From positions 1 through 64,000 of IMG/VR virus record IMGVR_UViG_3300014204_000010: a stretch of DNA of 64,000 nt, one strand, 5' to 3'. The notes beneath the pieces are model-generated. The model had not been told where the DNA came from and made no database searches. It saw nothing but the letters and a program-made list of their open reading frames with translations. Shown here piece by piece: positions 54,801 through 62,608 of the stretch. The position numbers and the translations under genes were made by a program. Position 1 is the stretch's first letter, and each line of letters opens with the position of its first letter. The stretch comes from a virus (taxonomy: Duplodnaviria; Caudoviricetes).

Positions 54801-55029
54801 TAGCATCCGTACTTCTCTTGGATGCCTTTTCCGCACTAGCCATAACCTTTTCTTGAGCATTGGCTAGATCACCCATAGCCTTTGCTCCAGTTTGCCCTAT
54901 TGATTCCAGAGAAGCGACAAATTGCTTGAGCTTATCCGCAATTTTGTCTACGTTCTGCAGGAAGTCGGTTATTTGGGCTTGGAATAAAACCCCTAGTCCT
55001 AGATTTTGGGAACTATCATCATCAGCCAT
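48841..55029 (-). CDS. Tail tape measure protein
   Basis: 2062 aa, Ala/Gly-rich helical; TP901-type core (EFDQSL...AANKSKTDL...GPAA); C-terminal GTGDTDSVPANLTPGEFVV. Confidence 0.93.
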   Translation of the reverse strand: MADDDSSQNLGLGVLFQAQITDFLQNVDKIADKLKQFVASLESIGQTGAKAMGDLANAQEKVMASAEKASKRSTDAMKDLAAGTTESKSRLTELVAAEDKATKASESHGRTLAETRAQLKGLDAATISSIHSTELQGPVYDRLVQKLKSASGESFQYRKALAELAKESGTSINRFNDLVGALDRTEKKVLQAEASFGKVRSQLGMNALPRDLKNWSDGVDRVGAAHSALNGELVRSQGVVFSTSQSFTTLQRTFAQMQDEFGKDNFTSVKDRLGNFIKTVPDARRELEALRDKQSAANSAMIAAEKAVAGNIERMNQMGLAGEKWAATVDKQAVASSFLRGEVAKIGDQYLQLGRSSQQVEERVDALRTKYSEFGKAADSIHDKFGTQIKTWADYQAALQGVANRANEAGRGIQTYSDFVTWAEKNTKASASAIEYMGQKFAEGNVPLKTAQENLRAHGELTTRAANSAKLLADNQEYLNVKYQSLIGSQTKFGESATKIISQMEGTQQSFRMAQVNLTNLDKAWGESIRNMAAWEKAVEKVEGAGGRTGRVVMLLDQAIQSGNVTHKEAVKLLQNHVTELGRFSSGVNRPLSTLSLFTQGLIGGGAAANVAAGYIQNLTRALTSLAAWIVAAMIIGEFIESISKAINAVTEFDQSLKALQAISQGTEAEISLLGDEILDISDKTKYSATEIGKGAIYIAQAGFSAGESLQVIAAAARGAQGTLEPLNTAADLLTTVLRAFKIPAEDASRVMDMLTMAANKSKTDLEGLRTVFNYIGPAAHAAGASLGETLGAIMALSNEGMRMSTIGTSLRQVFIGLENPSAKLRNALQDLGMTTEDLSIKKLGLAKVAENLGKVVGGSLTNAVQFFNVRAGNAALVISTMHEHLGMMIKFTEQYGAAAIMAGTQTEGLSVKISVLGNRFTNMIIRMSQGGLTDVFGSVITGLTKIVDVMTYLTDNAMAKFLAMVFLLKTALGILTIAIKAVLDIALVGWLGKATVEAMGLTTTVGLLTAAWNLFRASLSSLAIFLTGSAAAIGYIGTASVGAASSVGILSRAWLALKAVIASNPFGLLLTTVIALGSAIYAFSTSSAELGKTLQKNTITYTENSKSAVEYAKTLLDLNDRQSKGEIITDDYLAVLRQVKDTFPELSSQMLRFNGNLEAQAGLLTEVSAKYEKMATRSAVDAIQNLVKEYDNAAKSLKLYSDYLNEDRGLLVQWGTTVSSVMDLLKPYKLLLSLAGMETSAYTEAVTNLKITFSALTKEGRDNYAAQQMFNNQYRVSAGIYQETASVIINSSKELRQKLLDSLPQGEYANNVKNIVELNDKMVASLKAGMSDYQQKQFDSLFALGAKWQEYYAAQDIKGQGFVLQQAALAEKAAKKAVDTLRKETGDEQLLLAEKEKVFDDHFNKLLESRAKMVEKALSMMDKMYQDEAKLLKSASEAQLQALELRKNQEISHAETSILNQTNFLMEKYRLEDDYYKQSQIMIEEATVKEIAAWNRVYAAKKEFLEKQTQIIGENKKYMMAALEQENAEKLAAIYKDDLVKYKGLIDGKIAEGQRYKSEYIAALKEIENAERSLTKTKEDLEGQRREALRLTMDSEQQRADKEREIQSIIGAGWKQLNETDKSLTLDAAKVKVASAQDYFNKASGMIGNLTVMKKDAEGKEVMDAEATKNARVGFIGQLINAQEAATKKLVDIAQSTADASRSKMSGIEKTIDTLMAKYNDVAERLAKELTVAINIDSALAQLNRLLTAIDESNRGDKFAIVIRILGKASPVDTLTNTINEVMKTLASFQTQLVEKPPSYVVYFEGADGTEKKSLSLKITETQNSFRKLCDEVGKTDFKAVFALKGDAGEGAKMLSPLIDDMKKRFENLASAISAKSANFIVHFMGSDGTGMTSLSTMIASVETRMNDLFNKINGMRAVFTVVTKYVKEGQEPVFGGFTGFGIPYQFGEGGDVPGTGDTDSVPANLTPGEFVVRKGVVQMLGEGFFHFINNLKTFSVPNFKAPTQNFAQGGIVRQLSEVFTLNLQVGNEAVPLKVVGNPQTTRQQIKRLETELARMRLSHG

Positions 55030-55030
55030 T

Positions 55031-55414
55031 TTACTTTGCCCCTTTTGACGCCCATTGTTTCCACTTGCCCATCATTTTCTCAGTTAAGGCATTTCTCTCT
55101 TCGATTGGCATCTTTTCATAATCTTTGGGGTCTCCGAACAGCAGAAGATTAGACTTACTTTTAGCTGGAGATTCGGTTTCTTCTATTTTCTCCGGATCGA
55201 CACCGTGTATAGCCATTTGGAACTTGTGATCAATTTCTTCCCACTTTAAGTATTCTTCAAGAAGGTAATCTATCTGCCCGAAGGTTATGCCTCCTTCTCG
55301 AAAGCTTTTTCGGTAGATGTCTTCAAGTCGATATTGGGGGAAGTTTCGGAGGAAGAGGGTAACGACCTCTCCGAACGTAGCAGACTTTTCATTCGGTCGA
55401 AGAGGTCTTTTCCT
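55031..55414 (-). CDS. Tail assembly chaperone frameshift extension (gpT-like)
   Basis: -1 frame open from A-AAA-AAA (55420-55414) to stop 55031; predicted G-T fusion of 250 aa. Confidence 0.8.
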   Translation of the reverse strand, partial: RKRPLRPNEKSATFGEVVTLFLRNFPQYRLEDIYRKSFREGGITFGQIDYLLEEYLKWEEIDHKFQMAIHGVDPEKIEETESPAKSKSNLLLFGDPKDYEKMPIEERNALTEKMMGKWKQWASKGAK

Positions 55415-55782
55415 TTTTTTAAGGCTGGCTCAAAACTCACTTCCCAAATGGTCTCGATAAGGGTGACCAACTGTAGATTGGTGAGTTCCTCCATAAGGAG
55501 CTTGACATCTTTCTCACTCAAGTCTGTTACGGGAATAAGGATTTTCCCGATGTTGCTTTCAAGGTTCTTCAGTATTATGGCAATAAAGGCAACATTGTCA
55601 ATACCCTTATCCTTCTGATATTGACTGACGGTATCCTGGACAATCTTGGTAATAAAAGTGGTTATTCTGGTTTGATCAGCCGCAGACAGCGGCCAGATGG
55701 TGAGTTCCTTCAGAGTCTTTTTTCCATATTGGATTGTTCTCATTTGAGGATTGAGGATTTCCTCTTCCATTTCGTTCTTCAT
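55285..55782 (-). CDS. Tail assembly chaperone (gpG-like)
   Basis: Between tail tube and tape measure; contains slippery TTA AAA AAA GGA. Confidence 0.8.
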   Translation of the reverse strand: MKNEMEEEILNPQMRTIQYGKKTLKELTIWPLSAADQTRITTFITKIVQDTVSQYQKDKGIDNVAFIAIILKNLESNIGKILIPVTDLSEKDVKLLMEELTNLQLVTLIETIWEVSFEPALKKGKDLFDRMKSLLRSERSLPSSSETSPNIDLKTSTEKAFEKEA

Positions 55783-55806
55783 TAAGACATCTCCTTTAAG
55801 AAGATT

Positions 55807-55829
55807 CCTCCCCCTTATTCAGGGGGAGG
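55807..55829 (-). terminator. Hairpin downstream of major tail gene
   Basis: CCTCCCCC-N7-GGGGGAGG followed by AATCTTCTT on - strand. Confidence 0.6.
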
Positions 55830-55854
55830 TTGTGATGGTTATACTTGGTAGGGA

Positions 55855-56457
55855 CTAGACCATATCCCCTCCGGACACGAAAACAATGGTGCCGAGTGGC
55901 ATAGAATCCCAAGCAGCATCGCCGCCTGTGATTCCCGAGTCCGCTCTTTTTGCTTCGAACGTAACCGGGATAGCCGCAGCATCCTCAGCCTTCAAATCCA
56001 TTTCGAAGTTACTGACAGCATTAGCCCTGGGATAGATAACGATCATCTGGGCCAAGTTATTAGGGAAGGTGTAAACAGCTTCCATTCTGACGTAAGCGGG
56101 GGCAACCAAACCTCCTAGAGCAATACTTTCATCGTATTCATCTAAGAGGGTAGGGTCAATACCACGAGCCATAGCCATGTTTGCAAGAGTTAGCTCTTTG
56201 AAAGCCGTCTCAAGCATGTTCGATTCCCTTATTGGAAGAGAAATATCTTCCAGAAGGGGGAACCCTGATTCCAACTTCCAGAAGTCTACTTTACCTGTCA
56301 TCTTGGTAGATGCCAGAGCACCGATGGAATTGGCGGAAGTGAGAGCAGGTGTTGCCGTAGCTATGTTCGCCGCCGAAGCACCTACTCTGATCTGAGCCAA
56401 CCCCAAAGCGACAGATTCTGGATGTACAGTCAAAGGGCCTGACCTTGTTAAACTCAT
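55855..56457 (-). CDS. Major tail tube protein
   Basis: 200 aa; LGLAQIRVG, LETAFKELT, IPVTFEA; position before chaperones. Confidence 0.8.
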   Translation of the reverse strand: MSLTRSGPLTVHPESVALGLAQIRVGASAANIATATPALTSANSIGALASTKMTGKVDFWKLESGFPLLEDISLPIRESNMLETAFKELTLANMAMARGIDPTLLDEYDESIALGGLVAPAYVRMEAVYTFPNNLAQMIVIYPRANAVSNFEMDLKAEDAAAIPVTFEAKRADSGITGGDAAWDSMPLGTIVFVSGGDMV

Positions 56458-56462
56458 ACTTC

Positions 56463-56753
56463 TTACCTCCTGTTTTGATTAATGTTTGCTGCTTCTGGCG
56501 TGGTTGCTTCGGATTTCTCCGATTGAAATATATTGGGTAAATAATTTATAACTTGCCAGTGATTACAACCTCTCCTCAGACATTTCATCTTGACATTACC
56601 CTGCAAAAACATTTCTACGGGTATATGCTCATTATTGGAATCCGAGGGTTTACCAAAAATGAAATGCAGAATGCCATTGGGGCGTCTTTCAATAAGCTTC
56701 TTCCCGCACTTTTCACAGTTTACAAAAATTCCTTTTACTGGGCTGCTCCCCAT
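56463..56753 (-). CDS. Com-like zinc-ribbon protein
   Basis: VNCEKCGKKL ... MKCLRRGCNHWQ. Confidence 0.65.
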   Translation of the reverse strand: MGSSPVKGIFVNCEKCGKKLIERRPNGILHFIFGKPSDSNNEHIPVEMFLQGNVKMKCLRRGCNHWQVINYLPNIFQSEKSEATTPEAANINQNRR

Positions 56754-57205
56754 CGCAATCTCACCGAATAAAGTTTAAACTTTGTTTCGTCCTCAAGGAC
56801 TGCTATTGTTGGTGTGGCGTCCCAAAAATCCTGAACAATCATTTGGGCAATAACTTCCCAAGGATTCTGAGTAACATCATATAATGGTATTCTCTTCATC
56901 CCATCCGTAAAAGTGGAATCAACTAAGAGTCCCTTTACGATGTCGGCCATTTCTGCCAGTTCATCCCCTTCGGGGTCTTCCCTGGAAAGACAGTAAATCT
57001 CAAAGAAGTATTCATTAAGTGCCTGTAAGCCAAAAGAACCGAATGACACACTATACCACTTGAGGACTGCTGCATTTCCCTGTGTTCTTGTATCAGGGGC
57101 AGCTAGTGAAACATCAAAGGTGACGGCCGTACCAAGAACGTCCAGAAAGAATTTCTTCAATGATCGTGTTACATTCACTTCTTTTGACAATTTATGGAGA
57201 CTCAT
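56735..57205 (-). CDS. Tail terminator/completion protein
   Basis: 156 aa; FEIYCLSRED pattern; neck position. Confidence 0.65.
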   Translation of the reverse strand: MSLHKLSKEVNVTRSLKKFFLDVLGTAVTFDVSLAAPDTRTQGNAAVLKWYSVSFGSFGLQALNEYFFEIYCLSREDPEGDELAEMADIVKGLLVDSTFTDGMKRIPLYDVTQNPWEVIAQMIVQDFWDATPTIAVLEDETKFKLYSVRLRWGAAQ

Positions 57206-57206
57206 G

Positions 57207-57392
57207 TTATTTCCACACAGACCTGATCAAGTTTTTAGCAAGTTCCACCTTCTGAACAAACGTGGGATAGAAGTCCCTAAAAGTATTTCCCACAAGAGGT
57301 CTTGGGGGAATGTTATGCGAAGGAAAGCCGTACTCTATGGCATAGACGTAAATGTTTGGATCCTTCGGTTTAGGAGTTTTCTTCTCGCTCAC
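57207..57392 (-). CDS. C-terminal part of HK97-gp10-like neck protein
   Basis: YAIEYG...PPRPL motif; GTG start with GGTGA SD. Confidence 0.6.
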   Translation of the reverse strand: MSEKKTPKPKDPNIYVYAIEYGFPSHNIPPRPLVGNTFRDFYPTFVQKVELAKNLIRSVWK

Positions 57393-57930
57393 GTTTTTTC
57401 ACCAGTAACGGGTTAGTCAATGACTGAGAATGTACCTTCGTTTGTGGTACATAGCCCTCAATGGATATATGTCTGAGGGTACTCATAGCTTCATGCCTTC
57501 GTTCCGTTGCACTCGTAGGTCTTTGTGTACTCTTCACTTCTTTACGCTTTACTACAGTTCTTTTGGTCGGTCGGGCAGCACCTTGAACTATGGCTCCTCC
57601 TACATACTTAAAACCGACAAAATATGATGTTCTTATGGGGGAGTTATCCACAGACCAATAGTTTATAGATTTCATCGCTGTGCCCAACCACAACCAGTAC
57701 TGACTTGAATTTGAAAACGCTTTCTTCCAAGATGCGGTTCTAGGGTGACCAAAATCGGAGTAGGTCTGTTCGACAATGTTCTTGCGGAGCTGCTTGGAGA
57801 AAGCAATAGCAGAGTCCAAGGGTATTCGGTTCTTCTGATCGACCACAACCTTCTTCACTCTTTCTAAAGCTGTTAGGATGCGGTTGAAATCACCTTGGTT
57901 CACTGTTATCTTAATCATCGTAAATGTCAC
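57370..57930 (-). CDS. N-terminal part of HK97-gp10-like neck protein with basic extension
   Basis: MIKITVN.GDFNRIL..L N-terminal pattern; lacks the EYG motif found in the next ORF. Confidence 0.6.
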   Translation of the reverse strand: MTFTMIKITVNQGDFNRILTALERVKKVVVDQKNRIPLDSAIAFSKQLRKNIVEQTYSDFGHPRTASWKKAFSNSSQYWLWLGTAMKSINYWSVDNSPIRTSYFVGFKYVGGAIVQGAARPTKRTVVKRKEVKSTQRPTSATERRHEAMSTLRHISIEGYVPQTKVHSQSLTNPLLVKKREREENS

Positions 57931-58576
57931 CGTCTATAACTACTGCTTTGGGTCTGGTATCTTCTACTAAAAGAGCCATGCAAACACTGGGGAAGTTATA
58001 CCTTTGGATATTCTCAATCTTGTAATACTCAGTCTCCGAGACAAAAACTCTATCCAAGGGTTTCAGATCGTATGAAGCCGGGTAATAAAAATCCAGTCGA
58101 TAAATAGCATTCTGTCCAGTTCTTACATTCTCCTCAAGTTGTGAACCAAAAAGTCGATCTGTTATCAGACCGTAAACCGGAGACTCTTTAATCACTTGCC
58201 ATCCTGAAATCATCTTCAAGGTTTCATTGTCTCGCACTTCTACGGGTCTTAGGATATGAGCCGTTACCGGAAGATTACAGAGGTAAAGAACTACACTCCA
58301 CTCTACTACCTCATCCTCAAACATCTCGGGTGTTTTGTTCATAACCAAGTAGTTGCGATTTAACTCGGTTATGTTCAGAACATCTCCGACAACGGCTTCC
58401 GAATCATAAGGAAAAGTGGCATCAAGATGATGCTCCCGAATAAAAGGTTTAGTTGCCTGGGAATTTATATCGTAAATAACCCACTGATCAGTGACCACTG
58501 GGTCTCTACTTATGATCGTAGTGGCAGAACCTTCTTCGGTGTAGACTTCCTTTATATCCTCCCCCAAGGATGCCAT
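57911..58576 (-). CDS. Head closure / head-tail joining protein
   Basis: 221 aa; two beta-barrel-like halves (VVGDVL, LKPLDRV); neck position. Confidence 0.6.
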   Translation of the reverse strand: MASLGEDIKEVYTEEGSATTIISRDPVVTDQWVIYDINSQATKPFIREHHLDATFPYDSEAVVGDVLNITELNRNYLVMNKTPEMFEDEVVEWSVVLYLCNLPVTAHILRPVEVRDNETLKMISGWQVIKESPVYGLITDRLFGSQLEENVRTGQNAIYRLDFYYPASYDLKPLDRVFVSETEYYKIENIQRYNFPSVCMALLVEDTRPKAVVIDGDIYDD

Positions 58577-59043
58577 TATTCAACCTCTCCCGGGGTGAAA
58601 ACTACATAATTCCGGACATCGTAAGTAAGATCGGCTCCATCTATGTCGTAAAGAAAACCGGCATCAATCTTCGTTCCAAACAATTTGTACAAGTCAACCC
58701 CACCAAATGCAGTCGGGTTTTCTGCCATAGCATCCTCAAACTCCTTATCCATCGTTTCGATAAGCTTCTGGAAATGCTCAAACCTGTTTTGCAGATTAAC
58801 GAGCTTGTATTTAAACTTGTTGGCAGAAGCTATTCGGAGAATGTCTACGCAATGTCTGGAAGCTCGATTGATCAACCAGAGAGCCTTTGTTGGGTCAGTC
58901 ACTGGATACGACCAACCCAACTCACTGATGGCCTTGTTTCCCGCAAACTCATATCCATCCGCAGATATTAGAGTGTTGAGGGAGGATAATTGGATGACCA
59001 CATAATCCGTAAGTTCGGCGGCATTATTAATGGTAAAAGACAT
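58576..59043 (-). CDS. Head-tail adaptor
   Basis: 155 aa helical protein after capsid-associated gene; position-based. Confidence 0.6.
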   Translation of the reverse strand: MSFTINNAAELTDYVVIQLSSLNTLISADGYEFAGNKAISELGWSYPVTDPTKALWLINRASRHCVDILRIASANKFKYKLVNLQNRFEHFQKLIETMDKEFEDAMAENPTAFGGVDLYKLFGTKIDAGFLYDIDGADLTYDVRNYVVFTPGEVE

Positions 59044-59045
59044 GG

Positions 59046-59438
59046 TTACTCCGTATTCTGTCTTTTCTTGATAAGGGTCTTAACCGGTGCCGGTACTTCA
59101 TCTGAAACGGGAGCAGTTGCCGGAACCGGTTCTTTCTTTTCCAGAGACCGTTTTGCTCGTGGAGCCTTTATTTCTTTCTCTGCGGCCTCTTTGCGGGCTA
59201 TGATAGCCGCTTGCTTTTTCTTCTCCTCCGATGTGTCATCAAAATTCACTGATACCTTTGCTTCAGTTTGGGGAGGAGGGGAGACTGAGGAGGGTTCTGG
59301 AATAACTTCAGCTTGCCCCCTCCTCAATCTCTTGAACATGAACTCAGGAATGGGTTCCTTGGAATCATCGAAAACCGTCCCTGCCGCGACCACTTGACCG
59401 CTACCTATTTTCAAATTCACCTTGAGCATAAGTTTCAT
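59046..59438 (-). CDS. Small capsid-adjacent protein with disordered tail
   Basis: Start MKLML at 59438 with AAGGAGG SD; tail ends KTLIKKRQNTE. Confidence 0.7.
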   Translation of the reverse strand: MKLMLKVNLKIGSGQVVAAGTVFDDSKEPIPEFMFKRLRRGQAEVIPEPSSVSPPPQTEAKVSVNFDDTSEEKKKQAAIIARKEAAEKEIKAPRAKRSLEKKEPVPATAPVSDEVPAPVKTLIKKRQNTE

Positions 59439-59463
59439 GGTGATTGCACCTCCTTCAAGACGT

Positions 59464-60693
59464 TTAGTATTCTGCCATATCGTAGGCTGTGATCTTGTAC
59501 GTGGTATCCGGATAGTAAAGCACCGGAAGACCTTTATCCTGTACACGCAGCCAGATTCCTTCAGGATCCCATTCGTCTTTCGTGTCGGCGTAGAAACCCC
59601 AGCGCCGAGTATTGCCGTAAGGTGCCTGCATGAACTCTGCAATCTTCTGTCCGCCCTGGGTAGAGCTGAAGAGGAAGAACTCATTATCCAATATGAATTT
59701 TTTCTTCATAAGGACTTTGTCTCTTCCGCCTATGAAGGTTGCAGTGGGCTGTGCTCCAACGGTTACGGTATTGGCAGTCTTATCCACAGCCGTAATCACT
59801 TCGTCTTCATAGGTGTTGTAAGTAACCATGTTGACGAAACGGAGTTTTCCGCCTACTTCAAAATCGGAGGCGTCGTCCACGTAAATCGTAGTTCCGGACG
59901 GTGTCTGAGTCAACCATGCCTGAACTTCGTAAAGTTCGTCGTATATGGTCAAAGCACCGATTCCGAGAAGTACAGCAAGGACCTGAGCCGGACGAGAGAA
60001 GAGATCACCATTACCGAAAGCACTCTTCGTAAGAAGAGCCTGAATCTTCGTGTCCAGCATGAGGACTTTCAGCATCTGGGTATTACAAATGGCATAGTCG
60101 GGAACTACCGAAGCATCGTCGGCAAGAGCTACTTTTCCTTCGAAAATATCTTCGACTACATTCCGGGAAGCACCGTCCACCCAGTTACGGTCATCGTCCA
60201 GAGTTACGAAATGGGAAGTAGGTACTCCGTAACTGAGGGAGAATTTGGTTCCACCGGCCATCGTGTAAGAGAGGGAGCCGTTCAGAAGCATCTGAGCGAC
60301 CATCCATTCTCTCCTGCGATCACAACGGAAGCGGAGTTTTTTTGCACCTCGGGAGAGTTTTCTCTCAGCCGTCTGATAAGTAGCCCAACTACCGGGCTCT
60401 CTCATATTGTTGAGGAACTCTTCATCGAAGTACATCTTTTCTTTCCAGTAAGCGGCTTTTGCTGAAGCTTCGCCGGTTCCGTCGACTCCAATAGCGGGAG
60501 CTACTGAACCCGGAGCAACAAACGGAGTCATCCCACCGGAACTGTATTCAATTTCCCACTTGATGCTGTCCGAATCATAATTCTGACTCGGGAACAATCC
60601 GGTGAAGAAATTCGCGGGCGGCCTCTCAAACTTGGAAATGAGTTTGTTCAGCGTAGTTAGCTGAAGAGCCGGGATTCCTGTTGAACCTTTCAT
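59464..60693 (-). CDS. Major capsid protein (lambda gpE-like HK97 fold) with inserted domain
   Basis: LFP...DSIKWEI...MTPFVAP, RREWMVAQML, D.W..DPEG.W.R...GLPV. Confidence 0.9.
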   Translation of the reverse strand: MKGSTGIPALQLTTLNKLISKFERPPANFFTGLFPSQNYDSDSIKWEIEYSSGGMTPFVAPGSVAPAIGVDGTGEASAKAAYWKEKMYFDEEFLNNMREPGSWATYQTAERKLSRGAKKLRFRCDRRREWMVAQMLLNGSLSYTMAGGTKFSLSYGVPTSHFVTLDDDRNWVDGASRNVVEDIFEGKVALADDASVVPDYAICNTQMLKVLMLDTKIQALLTKSAFGNGDLFSRPAQVLAVLLGIGALTIYDELYEVQAWLTQTPSGTTIYVDDASDFEVGGKLRFVNMVTYNTYEDEVITAVDKTANTVTVGAQPTATFIGGRDKVLMKKKFILDNEFFLFSSTQGGQKIAEFMQAPYGNTRRWGFYADTKDEWDPEGIWLRVQDKGLPVLYYPDTTYKITAYDMAEY

Positions 60694-60724
60694 GTAAAGA
60701 CCTCCTGATAATTTATCTGACCAG

Positions 60725-61417
60725 TTATTTCAGAATGAAGAAACGACCGTCCGTCGAACCGAGGGAAGTTATTGCTGCCGCCGACAAATTGGTCATGTTG
60801 TTCTTGTACAAGACCGCATTGGAGACCACGACGGAGGTAAGGGCACCTTCAGCATCCGTGCCTTCCCCGGTGTCAACGTCTTTGTCGAGAACGTAAGCGG
60901 CTACTGAATAAGTACCGGACTCTGCGGTCTGGACATAGCAGTAAGCCCCCTTCGCTACTGTGAAGTTCCCGTGGGAGAACGCAGTAGTCGTTATTTCCGC
61001 ATAGATTGCACTGGTAGTGCGATCTATGACGGTGATTGCCGCTGCTTTTATCGGACCGTCTCCATCTGCATTCTCCAAGTACAGATCGTCACCGACCTGA
61101 AACTTGTACGAATCGTTTTTGGAAACTCTGATCTTTCCTGAGGCAGAGTCCAGAACGCAAGCAGCTACTCCTATGGATGTGATTCCGTCACCGAGAGTTA
61201 CGGAAGCCGGAACAAAAGGAACCAGTTCCCCTACCCCGCCTGCGTCGGAGCAGTTCACGGCCATCACGGTTCCCGCCTTCAGATAACCATAGCCCTTAGC
61301 GACAGTCTTATCTATGATAAGAGCAATGTCTCGAACGGAATGGAACAACGGTTTAATTCCATATCCTTCAGGACCTCGATTAATCTGAGGCATTGAACTT
61401 CTTACAAAATTGTCCAT
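60725..61417 (-). CDS. Head decoration protein (gpD-like) with inserted domain
   Basis: LKAGTVMA..G.LVPF, YVL..DVD; between scaffold and MCP. Confidence 0.7.
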   Translation of the reverse strand: MDNFVRSSMPQINRGPEGYGIKPLFHSVRDIALIIDKTVAKGYGYLKAGTVMAVNCSDAGGVGELVPFVPASVTLGDGITSIGVAACVLDSASGKIRVSKNDSYKFQVGDDLYLENADGDGPIKAAAITVIDRTTSAIYAEITTTAFSHGNFTVAKGAYCYVQTAESGTYSVAAYVLDKDVDTGEGTDAEGALTSVVVSNAVLYKNNMTNLSAAAITSLGSTDGRFFILK

Positions 61418-61471
61418 TTGGACCTCCTTCTAAAGCTTTTGAACCTTGGTTTGAATTAGTCTTTAAATGGT

Positions 61472-62584
61472 TTAGTAACCCATCATTCGCTCTACTATCT
61501 TGTCCTCTGCCATTTCGTGAACCTTCTCGGATGAAGCAGAGAAACCCATACCGAGGATAGAAGGTTCAGGACCTTCTCCTTCTACCGGTGCCCAATCCTT
61601 CAGTTCCGTCTCTACGGATGCTGCGAATTTGACTTTGTCCAGATTCCCGTTTTCGATGAAGGCTTCATGACTGATCTGCTTTTTGATCTTGGTATGAAGT
61701 CTCACCGGAATCTCTTTGTGAGCCGACAAAGCATTTTCGACGATTGCATCGGCGGAAGCTTTAAGCTCTCGCTCGGATCTCAAAGCGTCATTCTTTTCCA
61801 GTTCTTTCAAACGGTCTTCCTGGGTTTTCCCCGTCTCTTTCAGCTTCGCATTCTCAGCCTCCAGTGACGTAATTTTTCCCGACATACTGGTCTTCTCCGC
61901 AGAGAAAGACACTTCTGCTTCAGTCTTTCCTTCTGCGTAGATGGCCGCATAAATATCCGGGAACTCGGCCTTCAGTTGGTCTTTTGTCATTGGAACCTCC
62001 TCTACCTTTCCTTTAAATGTGGTAACTTCTACTTCCATGTCTTCGTTTTCGGACATGGCAACCGATTTAGTGTTCGGGTCGGCACCAAAGGTGACAACCG
62101 AACCCTCTTTAAATGCTGACTCTCGCCAGATAACAGCCGGACCTTTTAAAACATAGCCATTAACCTCTGCCTGAGAACCTTCCATAATCTCTTCGATCTT
62201 AGAGGGTTTAGCAAAGATGGAAGCTTCATAGGGGAAGCCCGCTTTGGAGTTGGCTACAAACTCCTGTGCAAAAGGGGTATCAAGGACTTTGGCGTTCTTA
62301 GCCACCAATTTGTAATCCTCGGTTACCACGTAGTTAGCAAATCCGATCTTCTTGTCTATGTCGTGCTCTGAGAGGATGGGATTTACTTTCTTGGCAAACT
62401 TCATTCCGGATAGATCAATGGCTAGAGTTCCCCAGTACCAATGACCTTTGATGGGTTTACCCGAGTAAGCCGTCATCTCCATAATAGGATCACCACCATC
62501 TTCCGTGAATCTGAACTCCGCCGCTTCACTGAAGCAAAGAGAGTTCTTTGGGCATTTCTTTGTGATGGATTTTTTCTCTTCCAT
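61472..62584 (-). CDS. Prohead protease/scaffold
   Basis: AYSG, LSEHD, EASI, EGSVV.FGAD protease half; coiled-coil scaffold half. Confidence 0.8.
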   Translation of the reverse strand: MEEKKSITKKCPKNSLCFSEAAEFRFTEDGGDPIMEMTAYSGKPIKGHWYWGTLAIDLSGMKFAKKVNPILSEHDIDKKIGFANYVVTEDYKLVAKNAKVLDTPFAQEFVANSKAGFPYEASIFAKPSKIEEIMEGSQAEVNGYVLKGPAVIWRESAFKEGSVVTFGADPNTKSVAMSENEDMEVEVTTFKGKVEEVPMTKDQLKAEFPDIYAAIYAEGKTEAEVSFSAEKTSMSGKITSLEAENAKLKETGKTQEDRLKELEKNDALRSERELKASADAIVENALSAHKEIPVRLHTKIKKQISHEAFIENGNLDKVKFAASVETELKDWAPVEGEGPEPSILGMGFSASSEKVHEMAEDKIVERMMGY

Positions 62585-62608
62585 TTCTGACCTCCGGTTG
62601 GACTCTCC

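Noticed and set aside
59422-60465. 347-aa + strand ORF antisense to the major capsid gene
   Set aside because: No SD or motif; typical shadow ORF of a codon-biased gene
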